64,000 nucleotides of DNA. Origin: Felis catus. Taxonomy: Eukaryota. Each line of letters starts with the position of its first letter. Within the stretch, counting starts at the first letter, position 1. Under the pieces are notes generated by a model, which worked only from the letters and a program-made list of their open reading frames with translations, made no database searches and was not told where the DNA came from. The position numbers and the translations under genes were made by a program. The DNA lies in NCBI RefSeq assembly GCF_018350175.1, contig NC_058368.1, forward strand, positions 50,159,815 to 50,223,814. The letters run 5' to 3'. Of this stretch, positions 1-13,937 are shown in pieces.

Positions 1-635
1 ATTTCATTTACGTAGAAGTCTCCTAAAACGCGTTTTGGCAATTTTCCATCTGTGGAATACCAAAATGGGTTGTATGTTCAAGATAGTGGAACATATGTCT
101 AAACTTTTCCAGAAAAGATGGTTATGGGGAGCTTCTGACATTGTCTCTAGGAGACAGGTTTACACAAGACATGGCTACTGCCATAGGTAGGTTTTTGAGC
201 CAACACTTTGAGAAAATATTGAGCGACCTATTTCAGGATAATGTAGAGAGTTAATGGTTCTTTTCAGAATCAAAAAAGAAGTAAGTTATTTAAAAATAGA
301 TATGATGGTGAAAAGTGCGACTGCACTAATGCTAAAACACAGTCTTAGTATGGATTTTAGTCTATGGAAAGTATGGGTCACATCAAGTCTTAATAGTTTT
401 ATGACTCTGGGAAAGTTTTAAGCTTTTGGAGTCTGAGTTACCTAATTGGTAATCATTAGATGACTGTGGTGATTAAAGGAGATAATACACAGTAGTCAAT
501 ATAATGGTTAATAGTAAGTGCTTTATAAAGGCAATTATTTTAATATGCATTGTATAATTAAGCATAAAGTGAGCTTAAAACAGAACACAATTGTAAAATA
601 CTTCAATACTATCAGTGTCTTTTAAGAGTTTAGTA

Positions 636-860
636 GGGGCGCCTGGGTGGCTCAGTTGGTTGGGCGTCCAACTTCAGCTCAGGTCATGATCTCGCTGTTG
701 GTGGGTTCGAGCCCTGCGTCGGGCTCTGTGCTGACAGTTCAGAGTGTGGAGCCTGCTTCAAATTCTGTGTCTCCTCCTCTGTCTGCCCCTCCCATGCTCA
801 TGCTGTGTCTTGCTCTGTCTCTCAATAATAAATAAAACATTTTAAAAAATACAAAAAAAA
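636..860 (+). mobile_element. CAN-SINE (SINEC_Fc-type)
   Basis: GGGGCGCCTGGGTGGCTCAG head, CT-rich tract, A tail; near-perfect TSD aaga(g/t)tttagta. Confidence 0.95.
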
Positions 861-1497
861 GATTTTAGTAACAGTTGTGCCAAAAATATGAAAAAAAAAT
901 TCAAACTCTAAGTAAAATGGATTTCTTATTGTAGGACTTCTCAGAACTTTAATTTGCTATTGTGTATATTTAAGAAGAAAATACACACCACTACACAAAA
1001 AATTTCTACCTTAAATCCCATTAAAATTTTGCTAGCTTCTCGTGTTCTGTGGCACATAGTTTGAGAAACACTGACTTTGAAAGTACCTCGCTTAGCATGT
1101 TCCAATATCATGATGCTAGAAGACTTAGGCTAATAGTTGAACTTCATACTGACTTGGAAAATGGGCTACAGCATCTCGAAGGACACCTGAGCTATGTAGT
1201 TCAGTATTCTCATAAATTGTGTCTTTAGGACACCAGTGGTTTTGACAAGATTTTTGTTGATAATTCATTCTTTTTCCTCCTTTGAGGAGGAGAAGCAGCC
1301 AGTAATTTAATAATTATGTGTACATGTGTAAGATATTATAAGAGTTTAAAAAACAATCCAATAATAACTCTTCAGCTCTCTTCTTAACAGCATGTTTTGA
1401 CCCTGTTGGCCCCTCCATCTTCTTCCCTTCCATCTGGTGTGCCACTCTTCCCATCACACTGGGTGGTCCTCTGTCTGCTTTGCTGGTTTCTTCTCTC

Positions 1498-1719
1498 TTT
1501 TTTAATTTTTTTTAACGTTTTTTTTTGAGACAGAGAGAGACAGAGAGAGACAGAGCATGAACAGGGGAGGGTCAGAGAGAGGGAGACACAGAATCTGAAA
1601 CAGTCTCCAGGCTCTGAGCTGTCAGCACAGAGCCCGACGCGGGGCTCGAACTCACGGACCGCGAGATCATGACCTGAGCCGAAGTCGGCCGCCCAACCGA
1701 CTGAGCCACCCAGGCGCCC
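1498..1719 (-). mobile_element. CAN-SINE (SINEC_Fc-type)
   Basis: Poly-T, (GA)n, ...ctgagccacccaggcgccc; flanked by ttcttctct. Confidence 0.95.
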
Positions 1720-4470
1720 TTCTTCTCTATTTCTTAAACCTTACATGTTGGGTTTTCCAGAGCTCAGTCCCTACATCTCTTCTCTATTTAGCCTTATTTT
1801 CTAGGTGATACTATTTTAGCATTATGACCTTACATTTCGTCTCTATGATGACAGTTCCCCAAATTATATCTCCAACCTAGATTCCTAGCTTGACCATCTC
1901 ACTTGTGTGTCTAATTACCAATTCACATTTCTATTGTATCTGTTAATTGTCTCAACCTTAACATGTCTGAAACCAAAACCCGCTATTTCCATTGCTGCTG
2001 CTACCTAGCATTGTTACCTGTGGAAGTAAAACTACGGCTCAGCCTGTCATTGACATCCTCTCTAGCTTCTCCCCAGTACATTTGATACAGTTGAGTGTAT
2101 AATTCCATTTAGTACACAGCAGACATAACGGGTACTAAATCTTGTGTTGAGAATTGCCTGTTGTCTGTTTTGGGGTTTGGGGTTGCAATATAATAGGGAA
2201 TATATATGTGTGAGTCTCCAGTGCGTAATCGGTTTCATGTAATAGCAAGCACTTGCTCCACGAAGTAAAAGAGAATTACAGAGAATCTGTAGTTGAGAGA
2301 GAGTGAAAACCCATCTTTTAGCTTCTGTTTCAGTTTTTTAGTGGAACTGTGTGCCAGTCAGCGTCTTTGGATGCATGTTGTTTTCTTCCTTTCTCTTTAA
2401 GTAAAACTTGGCTATTCTTAGTAGTATGTGGGAGGGTGTGAAATTTAATAAATTATTTTTAACAAGAGGTACTTATTTGATTGAGGAAGCATTTTATGTT
2501 GCTAGGGCAAAAACTGTTGAATTTCCAAGAGTTTTTTCTCACATAGGTAAATTCAGAAATCATCAAGTTTATCTATTTGTGCTCACTAATTACCTCCAGG
2601 TTTAATGTTATTTTCTCAAGTGTCATTTTTACAGCTTCCACACTCAGGTAGAGCTGAATTTTGCAGCAGTGGTGGATTACAATCTATGAGTCATGGGTTT
2701 CTGACATTACTGAAAGATTGTCCAATGAAATACAGTTTCATTTTTAGGGATGAAGGTGGGAGGAAAGGAAGAATTTCATTTTTTTAAATGCAGCTTGCTT
2801 TTGAGAGAAAGAATAAGTGCAGTATTCTAAGAATTCACCTTGAAACTGTTATTCACATATCTCTTTCTCCTATCTAACAGTCATTAGAGACAGGTGGTGA
2901 TATTTGTTCTATATTAAATAATGCAATGGGATGAGATTCCATTAATAGAAAAATAGAGCTTCTGTTTATAGAAAAAAGGAGTCATTATTTGATCTATTCC
3001 TAAGTTGCTTCTTTGATTCCTGCATTTGGAAAAAAAGCAAGCCATTTCCTCAGAAAGTAGCGGTAGAAATTATTTTCTTGCTATGTTTCTGAAAATTTCA
3101 CTTGGTATCTTTAGGGTTGCTCATAATTCCTTTTTTTCTTCGCATTTGGAGGTGACGGTCTTGTTTCACATGTAAAAATGATAGTACTCTTGTCATGAGA
3201 AGGACATCTGCTCAGAACTATCTCCACTGTCTCCTACTACCACAAATGTTCCTCCCCGCTTACCCCATACAGGTCTAACAGATTTAAAGCAGATGCTGTC
3301 CACACACTTCTACTTGTGACTGCTTATGAAATCATGACTCAGGACCTCATTTCTTGAAATATTTTTAAAGTTGTGAACAGGTGGCTAGACTTCATAAGCA
3401 ACAACTGGAGGGCCGAGATTACTTAGTGGCTTGGAGAGGGACCAAGTATCTTGTGAGCCCAGTTTCTCTAACATCAGCCTGGTTTCTGAAGAGGCAATAT
3501 CCAGGTCAGCTGGTGCCATGCAGGGCAGGGCAGACTAACTCTAGAAGGGTTGAGCCCCTAGGAGGAATCCCCGCCTTACTCATTCTGGGAAGTTACCTCA
3601 GGAAGTGAATGCCAGGGGACAGAATCACCCAGTGAGTTGCAGTTGTTCTGAGGAACAAAAGTGGAAGCTTATTCAGGGTCAAGAAAGGGGGACCTTAGGG
3701 CTGTAGGATTAGGGGCCAAGAGAAGAATGAGTGCATGTGGCAGGGCAGACATGGGTGGGTAGGAAGCTATAGTTGAGCCCCATATAGAATTTCAGATTCC
3801 TTGTTAGCCAGAGAAGCTTTGGGGAGTGGCAGGTGGGACCACACTTCTCATCTTTCCTAGTACGATGTAGGGAAGTCTTCCACCATGGTAACTGGAGCAA
3901 AAATAATGCCACTCTAGAAGATGTTCCAGCTCGAGTTTTTAATCATGTTTCCTTGATGGTAGAGTAAGACAACTGTATTTGATCTTTACCGATTGGTAAA
4001 GGTTTGACAGGATGGGAGCTGAGATTTATGGAGGAAAGATGATTTTGAAGCATGGAGAATTCATTTCTTAGGGGGTTATGATATTGTGGCAGAGCATGAA
4101 AAGATTGAACCTTTCACTGTTGCAAATGAGGAAGTTGATTCCTTGAGGAAAAGGGGTATCAAGATATAGGAGAGGAATAGAAAAAGAGAAGTGGGTTTAT
4201 GCTTAAAACTATGAAGTTTTACCTAATTTGGGGGAAAATTCCCTCCATCTCTTCGTCCTTCATTTTCTGGACTGGCTCTATGAGTGGCTTTAGGTAACTT
4301 CTACATGAACGTATTGAGTGCAGGCCTGTGGCTGATTCCAGAGATACATCCATGAGTCAGGTGTGGCCCCAGCTCTCTGCACTCTACCAGAAGAGACTAT
4401 AGGCTGTAGTGGGTGCATGTGTGTGGACCTGAGGTCAGGTCTTCAGATTAATAGAAGGTATTTAGAAATA

Positions 4471-4705
4471 TAGTAAATTGGATTGTGAATAACTTGTTCT
4501 GTGAGTGTTCCACAAGATGAGCAAACATTTCTAATAAATTTTAACTTGATAAACGAGGGATGTCTTGCACGAGTAGTACATGACACCGAATGTCACATGA
4601 TTACAACTAAGCCAATGGTTCTTGAAATTTGCTTTGATATACAAGTGCTTTGGATTACAAGCATGTTTCTGGAACAAATTATGCTTGCAAACCAAGGTTT
4701 TACTG
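4471..4705. mobile_element. TcMar-Tigger-like non-autonomous DNA transposon (MITE)
   Basis: Degenerate terminal inverted repeats (tagtaaa-ttggattg ... caaaccaaggttttactg), TA at left end; family assigned from memory. Confidence 0.7.
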
Positions 4706-6476
4706 TGCTTTTGATGAAGCCCTAGAACACAACTGGCTACACCAAACTATAATAAAACTATAATGTCATCCTTTGTGTCCAAACTGTGCTATCAGATATT
4801 AGGGAGACAGATTTTTGGCCATGTAAGCAGGTTTTTTTTTCCTCCAGTTTTGAGCTTTTGGAGAATTTACAGGGTTGGCCAAGGCAGTTTACAGTAGAAA
4901 AAGGATGGATGATGAGGGTTTGATGCAAATATGGATGTTTGGCCAGTGATGGTAATACCCCACCAGTTTGCTTTGCCCTTTGTTTGACTGTATTCTAGAG
5001 ATCATTAACTGTTCAAAACTTTCCATGACGTGAGAGTGTCTTGAATTATGCTTCACAGAAATGTCTTTTCTGAGGAAGGACTTTGTGTGTAGGGAAACTT
5101 GACTGTCCTCTGGCCACTTCTCTTCCCCACATTATTTGGTTGAGATGGATAATTAGAGGATAGTTTTGAAATGTCTCCTTTACTTGATCTGCTTCCGTTA
5201 AGCACTTCTTAAATGTCTTATTTAAGCCCAGCAAGACCTGGTGTGTTGTTCCTAGGTAAGACTATGAGAGTTCAGTAATATGACCAAGTTCTCACGACTA
5301 GTAAAAGTGGAGCCAGAATTCACACCCAGAGGTGTGACCTCAGAGCCTACCCTCTTAGCTATGCTGGCTCTTCCTGGAAGAACCTGGCATGGGTATCTCT
5401 GGAAGAGAGCTAGAACATCTGCATGGAATTTATTTCCCTTTGTTTAAAGATGGTATTTCTTATAAAGGAGGAATCAGACCTAGGACTTCCTGGTTCAAAG
5501 GATACCTAAAAGCTATTAGGATAAGGTAGTTACAGAAGGATGTGTTCACTGATGGGCTCACTTGAGAGTTTATGCCTCTTTTCTTCCTGACCTCTAGTAG
5601 AAGGTTCAGAGGTCTGTGATGGGCATGTTTTTTGGCCCTTTGTCAGGTAGCAAAGAAATTACCAGAGCTATTTCATATAACAGTGGAGGATTATATCTAT
5701 GTTTTACTTGTGATTTTTTGGATATTAAACACAATATTCAAAAATTAGTGTATGACACACAGAGAAGACTAGCAACATATTCAATATAGTCATTTATTGA
5801 CATTATTAATGTTTCACCTCTACCCCCTTTGATGGTGAATTTGGGTTTCAAGGAAAGTTTGGATTCTTTTGGCTTTTGTCTTTCAGAGCTCTGATGGGAA
5901 GTTCTTCATTGCAGGGACTAAAACCTTATCTTTGTACTTAGCACTCTTAAGTTGGTCTTTGTTTTTGAAGCTCTACCTTTTTGGACTCACTGATGTACAG
6001 TTGTAAAGAATTCCCTTTTATTGCAATTTTAGAAATAGTATTTAAAAAAAGAAACCCAATTATGGGTATCAATACAATTTGAATCAATTGGATATGTTTT
6101 AAGCAAGGTAATGCAATTTAACTGTTCGTTGACATCATGAATATTTATTAGGACTCTCCTGAGCTATTATCATTTTAGGCTTTCTCTTGCTAAGTTACAT
6201 TTTTGTAAGCTAAATAAATGTGTTCAGTCAATATTTGAGAGCATCTGTGTGCCATGCACTGTGCTAGGCATTGTTAATAAAATATTATGTGGTTGCCAAG
6301 TGGTAAACCTGTCTTAAGACACCTGAGATATGACAATAAACAAAACCACAAAAATCCTTTTGGAATCTGGTGCAGGAGAGCCGTAATGAATGCATGCATG
6401 CAGTAGATGGTTAGAAGTACAGAAATAAAGCAGGGATGAGTGGTGGGGAGTATCAAACAGGCTGGTTGCAATTTTA

Positions 6477-6696
6477 TTTTATTATTTTTTTTTCAACGTT
6501 TATTTATTTTTGGGACAGAGAGAGACAGAGCATGAATGGGGGAGGGGCAGAGAGAGAGGGAGACACAGAATCGGAAACAGGCTCCAGGCTCTGAGCCATC
6601 AGCCCAGAGCCTGATGCGGGGCTCGAACTCACGGACCGCGAGATCGTGACCTGGCTGAAGTCGGACGCTTAACCGACTGCGCCACCCAGGCGCCCC
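6477..6696 (-). mobile_element. Young CAN-SINE, followed by a second SINE-tail fragment (6699-6730)
   Basis: Near-identical to copies at 12950, 29485 and 58519. Confidence 0.95.
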
Positions 6697-7949
6697 TCTT
6701 TTTTTTTTTTTTTCAACATTTATTTATTTTAACAATTTTAAATATCTGGGTCCAGCATGGCTTCAGTAGGAAGCATTTGTACAGAGCTTGGTGAATAAAT
6801 GGGCTCTGCCCTCTCTAGCTTATAGTCTAATGATAATGTTCCTTGATGAACACTTACCATGACAGTAGGGATTCTGCTAAGTACCTGCATACATTTCCTC
6901 CTCATCTACTGAACTGGGGACCATTATCCCCAGTTTCATAAGAAGGAAACTGAGGCTTTGAGAGTCAAATTGCTCAGAAGGACATAGTACAATCCAGATC
7001 TGACCCAAAGCCCATCCTCTTACACATGGTATTACACCATGTCAACTCTTGAAGTATTTGTGGAGGAATTAGCTAACTTTGTAGATAGGGCTGCCTTATT
7101 TTTGGTTCTGTTGTGTTGGGCAGTAACTTGGTTGGCTCACGGAAAGTCTTTGTTACCATGAGCTTCCCTTTGAGCCTGTTCTATTTAAAAGGCTTTGGGA
7201 TTGTGCCCGGTGGCCACAGAAGGCAAGGAAGCCACCTAGTTACTGACTTCCATGCGGTGGATTGTGTTTGCTATGTGTCAGAGAGTGGCCTCAATTGACT
7301 CCAGTAAATCATTGACTACTTGAATTCCTGGCATTACATTTCAGTGATAGGATACTAATTTGACTGGACTACATATCATTGTGTCCAAGAATGCATTATA
7401 AATGCTCATACATAGAAGAGAATGTAAAGTGCGTGGAAGGTTATGGTGCCAAGGTTACTGCTTATTATGTTTGTTACAGAATAGACCCATACCTCGCATT
7501 TATAGCGTTTGCTTTATTGTAATAAAAAGTAAATGGCAAAGGAGTGTGTTGGAATAGAAACCTCCATGAGGGGAAGTGGAAAGGAGGTCAGGGGTTCAAG
7601 AGAGCTTTCTTCCTTCTGCCCTCAGTGTGCTTAAGAGAATATTCCACTCAAAGCATCCCATTTTAATTGGATGGCAGTTTTCAGTGTAGCCTATGCTTTG
7701 TGTTGAATATTAATAGTTCTTTTGTGCTTAATTTCTGGGGTGTATATGTTGATCATGGTAAAAAGAAGCTCTATATTTTACAACTCTATGTGCTATTTTT
7801 TTAATGATCAGCTTTTAGTGACCCCCCTCCATTAACTGCTTCTAATAACTAAATGTTTTTGATTTTTACAAGATGATTTTCTTTTACTTAGGAGATAAGC
7901 TATGATTTGAGCACTTAGGCTGTACAATTTATTCTTTTCATTTACCTCT

Positions 7950-8700
7950 TTGAAGTATAATAGAAATATATAAAAGGATATGTATTATAAGTGTACAATT
8001 CAAAGACCTCAGAGAAAGAGAACCCTTAGGTAGCCAGCTTCTAGATCAAAATAAAGGGAAATACCAGTGTCCCCCTTCTTTTTCTAATCATTCCACCATC
8101 CTTCTCCACAAGGGTAACCGGTCTCTTGACTTCTCCCATTATATCTGTGTTTTTGTACTTGCTATGAATAGTCTGTACTGTTTGTGTTTGGCTGCTTTTG
8201 CTTCTCATTGCTAGACTGAATCATGTGGTTGCATGCAGTTGCAGATTGCCCGCTCTTGTGGTCATATAATATTTCATTGTGGGTATCCTGTAATTTGTCC
8301 ATCCTATTGTTAAAGACATATGTGCAGCTTCCAGTTTATTCTGTCATGAAAGGTGCTTCCGTAAACCTCATAAATGACTTTTGGTGAATATATGTAGGCA
8401 TTTCTGTCCAGTAGACACCTAGGGGTGGAATTGCTGGGCCATAGAATATGCATAGACTTGGCTTGAATAGTTACTACCAAATGGATTAAAAATTAAAAAG
8501 TAGTTGATCAGTTTATATTTCTGCAATAGTGTGGGAACTTGTGGATTCTATTTTTGTCCTGTGCTGGGATGGGTGGGAGGTGCATGTTATTCTAGGGTCC
8601 ATTTCACTTCATGTTTGTTTTACGGAAAGGAATGGCCATAGCTGTCTCATTGATTCTTTGAAAGCTAAGTTAAATATTTGTGTGCTCATTCTCTCCCCTT
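7950..8700 (-). mobile_element. Old LINE-1 3' fragment (boundaries approximate)
   Basis: Degenerate L1 antisense phrases (gtggaattgctgggccatag, cttccagttt, tcattgattct). Confidence 0.55.
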
Positions 8701-9580
8701 TTTCCTTTCTGTATACATGTCTTCTATGTTAGATATGTGTTTTATATATCTCCTATGTACACAGGACATATATGTATATACATTTTATTTGGCAAATATA
8801 CATCACTTACAGACTTCAGGCTAGAAAGCCGCCTTAGAGGTCACCTAGTTCTGGCTTCTCCAGTCTGAATTAGCAACAATCCTGCTTATAAGTGTGTCTA
8901 ATGACAGGAAGTGCATTAGTTTAGGGTAACCCTTTGTTAATGAAGGGTTCCTTCTTCAACATTGTGCTGACATCTGCCTCCTTTTAACTTCTCCCATAAA
9001 TATCATGCCCTTTTACAGGTGAGGGAGAAAACTCATGATTCTTGTGACAAAGTAAAATCGCTTCAAGCAGAGATTCATGGCCATTTTTTAAATTGTACTT
9101 CTCAACATCTGTAGGACCTTGATCTCTAAGCATTTGCTCTGAGTAACTTGGATGAAAAACCCATGGACGATAGAAAAGAAAACTCTGCAAAAATGCTTTT
9201 TCTCCCCCTCTTTTTTTTTCTCAATTTTTGTTGCATGAGCACACTGATTCCTGCTTCCTGCTCTCCCCACTTTTTGAATGGTTTTAAACATTGTTTAAAA
9301 TGAAAATACAAAAAATGCCAGTAGTACACTTAAAAAATCTATAATGAAAAAAATGAGAAAAAGACAAACTTGCTTATAGATAACGGACCATTCTATTTCA
9401 TGAAATCAGCGAATGTTGAAAAATTCTGATGGATAATATGCAGTCTAAGGTTTTTGAATGTCCAGGTGGTATTAATATTCATTTAGAATAAAAGAATTTT
9501 TAGAATAAAAGACCTTTTTCTACTTAATAATTGAAGGCTCATAGATGTTACTTAATAGGCATTTTCTCTTTTCTTTACAG

Positions 9581-9611
9581 GCAAGAAGAAACTGATAGGA
9601 GAGTGAAAAAT
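9581..9611 (+). CDS. LMO7: LMO7 exon, 31 nt, (K)QEETDRRVKN, end of CH region
   Basis: ttctttacag|G CAA GAA...AAT|gtaagc; phase 2 to 0; matches LMO7 peptide. Confidence 0.92.
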
Positions 9612-10408
9612 GTAAGCTATATTTAAGGGAACATTATTAATGGTTTTTTACTTACATGTTCTGTAATAAGACAGTGGTATCTAAAAATATCTGATACACT
9701 CTGAATCCTTTTTCTAATGGAATTTCTGACAGTAGCCAACAAGTCAGGAACTCTAAATATGTTTAAATAAGGTTAAGCCATATGTTCTCTGACATCAGAG
9801 TGTAGGAGGGTAGGTGAAACCTGGGAAGTGGCATCTTATATGTGAGTAAGGGTGGGAAAGGCAAAAAACACACTTCAGGATCTTTAGAGGTGTAAGTCAA
9901 ACCACAAGATCAGACTTTAAGGAAAAACACTGAATGTGTAAGAACTCCGGGTAATTGCTCGGTGTACACTTCTATCCTTAACATTCTGCATATTAGAAGA
10001 GTTTCTAAAACTGTGACAGCTTTAGTTAAAAAAAATACAAGAGTTCAAGATCCTTATTAAGGAAGCTGAGAATTCCTGATTTTAAGAGTTTAAGCTGTAA
10101 ATTTGTTGGAAAAATTTATTGCTTTGGAAGTTTAATTTGCTTTCTTCATAAATGTTTTCCTTCAGATGAACTAGTAGATTATACAAATGCCTATTGACAT
10201 CTGAGCTTTTGGTCTGAGAATGTGCTCGGAGACAGAAATCTAAGAATAATTAACATTTTTAATGGCCCTTCTCCTTCACATAATTTAAAAGAAAACCTAC
10301 TTTTCAACCGTAGATAAATACACTATCTTCTGTCTGGAGTGCTCAGCTGCATTTGAACTTGCAACTAGTTACTAACTAGACTGATGTTGTTTCATGGCAT
10401 TTTTCAAG

Positions 10409-10522
10409 GTTTTGATAACATTGTACTGGTTGGGAAGAAAAGCACAAAGTAACCCCTACTATAATGGACCCTATCTTAATTTGAAAGCATTTGAGAATCT
10501 TTTAGGACAAGCTCTGACTAAG
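10409..10522 (+). CDS. LMO7: LMO7 exon, 114 nt, VLITLYWLGRKAQSNPYYNGPYLNLKAFENLLGQALTK (last CH helix)
   Basis: ttttcaag|GTT...AAG|gtaagg; within ORF 10394..10693; phase 0-0. Confidence 0.95.
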
Positions 10523-12949
10523 GTAAGGAAACTACATCTGGATTCAATGAATACTGTTCCTTATACTACTGCTTTGTCCTCCTCCCCACTCCCTGTATTC
10601 CTTTCCTTCCACTTCCCTTTTTCGTTCTTCCCCTCTTCTAACAAATATGGCAGCTCCTATTATCTTTACTCCACTCTGGATTGTGCTGGGTAGAAAGCAT
10701 TGTTATTTATTTGCTGGCTTTGTATGCCACCGCAAAGCAGTGAGGGAGTCTAGGTATTTATTTCTTAATTTTAGGTAATTCAATGACCGACATATCTGCT
10801 TCCTTTCTAAGGCACTGGATATAAGTTAACTCTTTCTATATTAGGAAATTCAACCTGTATTAGAGAGGTGCTGCAGGATAGCTACCGTGTGTTGAAGTTA
10901 CTCAGTTTCTCTATCTTAATATCTTGTCATGTTTCATTAGATCTCTATGCCCATACTCCATCCTCCCCATAATTCTGTCATATTGCTTGTGTTTCCTAGA
11001 CAGCAGTAAATGCTGTTACAGGAAACATGATATGGGGCTTAAATTAGAATCTTTTGTTTTAAACACATTTCCAGTCCTTTATGTCCTGAAGTCAGTGTTG
11101 TAGCTTTTGAATGCTCAAGGATTCCTTGAGGAGGGTCAAGTGCCAGGACTGACCATAGTTCTGCCAAATTTTCATTTATAGGATCCAAATGGGGAAATTA
11201 AGTTCTCTAGGGGGATATTTTTCCAGGGGAATTTACAGTGCTCAGAAGAAAATAGGTAGTTAAAATAATATACCATCATCTGATTCATAGTAGTTGCTCC
11301 ATGGGTTTTTATGGTGATTAAATGGTACTGTACCAATAAGGCATTTAACATTAGTCTCTGGCACATTGTAAGGATGTAATAAATGTTAGTTACCATGATT
11401 GGAAGATAGAAATTTAGGCCAGGATGAAAATGAGCACCTTGCCTAACATCTACTTTGATCTTGAAATCCTTTTGCTTGAGTCTGAGCACATATACTGTAG
11501 AAATATGAGATTATAGAGCAAAGAAGATTAAAGTATTCCTTCTTGATTTTTATTTTTGAATTGTAGGGAGTGGATGGTACTTCACCCAAATTCTTTGAAA
11601 CAGTTAATTCAGGCTATAGAGCATTGTTCTAGATGTTGGAAAAACAGTCACGAAAGGCCCATCATCCTAGAGCACCAGTGTCTGATGGAGACAGATGAAC
11701 AGGTCACGGAAGTTGAAGAAGATAAGGCTGTGATGGATGAATGTGCAGGTGGCCTGGGGCATGAGCAGAACCTTGCCTTACAGTTATGTCAGCTAAGAAA
11801 ACGTCCAGTTAAAAATAACGTGGGGCTTTGGCTCCTGCATCAGTGCTCTCTTCACAGCCTTTGGTTCTTTTTATGGCAGTCTGACTCAGGTTGAATAACC
11901 CTACTACAGCATTTGTGCTGGGAATGCTTTATTAAAAGCTGTTTCCTGTCACCAGTGTCACAACCAGAATAGGTAAAAAAAAAAATTGATCAAACCTCAG
12001 TTGTTGCCATTCCATTATTATGGAGTGGGGATAGCAGTAAGAAGTGTGTAAATACATATGATCTCTGTTGTGCATCTGTTCTGTTCCACTCAAAGTCATT
12101 GTGTTCAGATGTTTCCCACTGAAGTAGATAATGCTTAATGGCCAATCCAGAATGTAATTAAAAAACAAAAAAAAATTTGTGAGCTGTTGCACCTGAGTCA
12201 TCATATAATCGGAGATGACTCATTTTAGATGACTTGTCAGAGGGAAGTCCTCGTAAAAACCAGGCACCAAGGCCAGACTCAGGTTCTTTTATAACTGAGG
12301 TGACCCATCATCAATAACTTTAAGATAACTTTTTATGAGGTCAAAAATCATCTCACTGTATGTTGAGGACTCTGATACTTCCACAAGTGCATGTCTAAGA
12401 AACCTGAAAGAGCTAAAGATATATTTTAAAAAATTGTAATCTTTTTATATTTTGAGAATTAGTTGGGTGGTACCAGCACTAGGCCCAGCTTCCCCATCTC
12501 CTTGAAAATAAGGTACAAGGTAGGTGCTGACATTTTTACGATAGGATATCAATGCTAATGCCAGGGTGTCTGGCATCGAAAGTATATGAAAGCTCACGTA
12601 AATCCACTAGATCTTATTGGTGCTTCATACATTTGTCCAACAGTTGAACCATGAGTTGACAGAGTCTCAGCCGAAAGTGTGCCCGGGACAGCTGCTAATG
12701 ATGCATTGTAAACATTCTTTTTTCAACTTTATCCATATGTTGAAAATGTTCATAATTATAAAAGTTGAAAGAATACTACAACAAATACCCAAATATGTAC
12801 TGTCTGGTTCAATTGTTAAAAACTTCCCATACTGGCTTTACCCATGTGTCTATCCATTCATCTGTTTTTACTTAACCATTTCAAGGTAAATTGTAGATTT
12901 CTTATGTCTAAAAACTCAGCATGCATCTCTTGAGAGTAAGCATATTCTA

Positions 12950-13181
12950 GGGGCACCTGGGTGGCTCAGTCGGTTAAGCGTCCGACTTCAGCCAGGTCAC
13001 GATCTCGTGGTCCGTGAGTTCGAGCCCCGCGTCGGGCTCTGGGCTGATGGCTCGGAGCCTGGAGCCTGGAGCCTGTTTCCGATTCTGTGTCTCCCTCTCT
13101 CTCTGCCCCTCCCCCATTCATGCTCTGTCTCTCTCTGTCCCAAAAATAAATAAACGTTGAAAAAAAAATTAAAAAAAAAAA
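12950..13181 (+). mobile_element. Young CAN-SINE with 16-bp TSD
   Basis: TSD agagtaagcatattct at 12933-12948 and 13182-13197; extra internal GGAGCCT unit. Confidence 0.97.
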
Positions 13182-13550
13182 AGAGTAAGCATATTCTTCC
13201 ATATAGCTACAATGTCTATTATGTTGAAGGAAATTATTAAATGTTCCCTACTATCTATTACCTAGTCCGTATTCAGAATTTCCCAATTGTCTCCCAGCTT
13301 TCTTTCATGGCTCATTTTATCTGAATTCTGAGTAATCAAGATTCACATATTACATCTGGGTGTTAGGAATTCCTACGTTCTTTAAACTGTCTCTGTAGTT
13401 TGCTCATCTGAGACTAGCATTTCTGATTTATATGCTAATGACATTGTATGAAAAAATTAGTCATTAGATGTTCTTTGATTACTATGTATCAGGACAAGGC
13501 TAAGGGCTTTATAATTTTACTTAAATCCTAATTTTAAAAAGTCCAGTTTT

Positions 13551-13736
13551 GGGGCACCTGGGTAGCTCAGTCAGTTGAACATCTGACTCTTGATTTTGGC
13601 CCAGGTCCCGATGCCAGGATCATGAGGTCGAGCCCCACGTGAGACTGCTTAAGATTTTGATTTTTCTCTTTCTGTCCCTCTGCCCTTCACCCCAGCTCGT
13701 GCTCTCTCTCTGTCTCTCAAAAAAAAAAAAAAAAAA
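13551..13736 (+). mobile_element. CAN-SINE (older subfamily) with TSD
   Basis: ggggcacctgggtagctcag head, A tail; TSD aaaaagtccagtttt. Confidence 0.92.
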
Positions 13737-13831
13737 GTCCAGTTTTATTTTGCTATTAGCTTTTTCATAAAGGAATGTTATTCAAAATAATGCTTATATA
13801 TGTATTATATATATTTGTATAATGTATATAA

Positions 13832-13937
13832 ATTTTAAAAGATTTTACCTTTAATCTCTACACCCAACATGGGACTTGAACTCATAACCCTGAGATCAAG
13901 AGTCGCATGCTCTACTGACTAAGCCAACCAGGTACTC
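13832..13937 (-). mobile_element. Short old carnivore tRNA-derived SINE
   Basis: gggacttgaactcataaccctgagatcaagagtcgcatgctctactgactaagccaaccagg. Confidence 0.8.

Noticed and set aside
636..720. tRNA-like A/B boxes (TGGCTCAG...GTTCGA)
   Set aside because: tRNA-derived SINE heads with CT tract, A tail and TSDs; not tRNA genes
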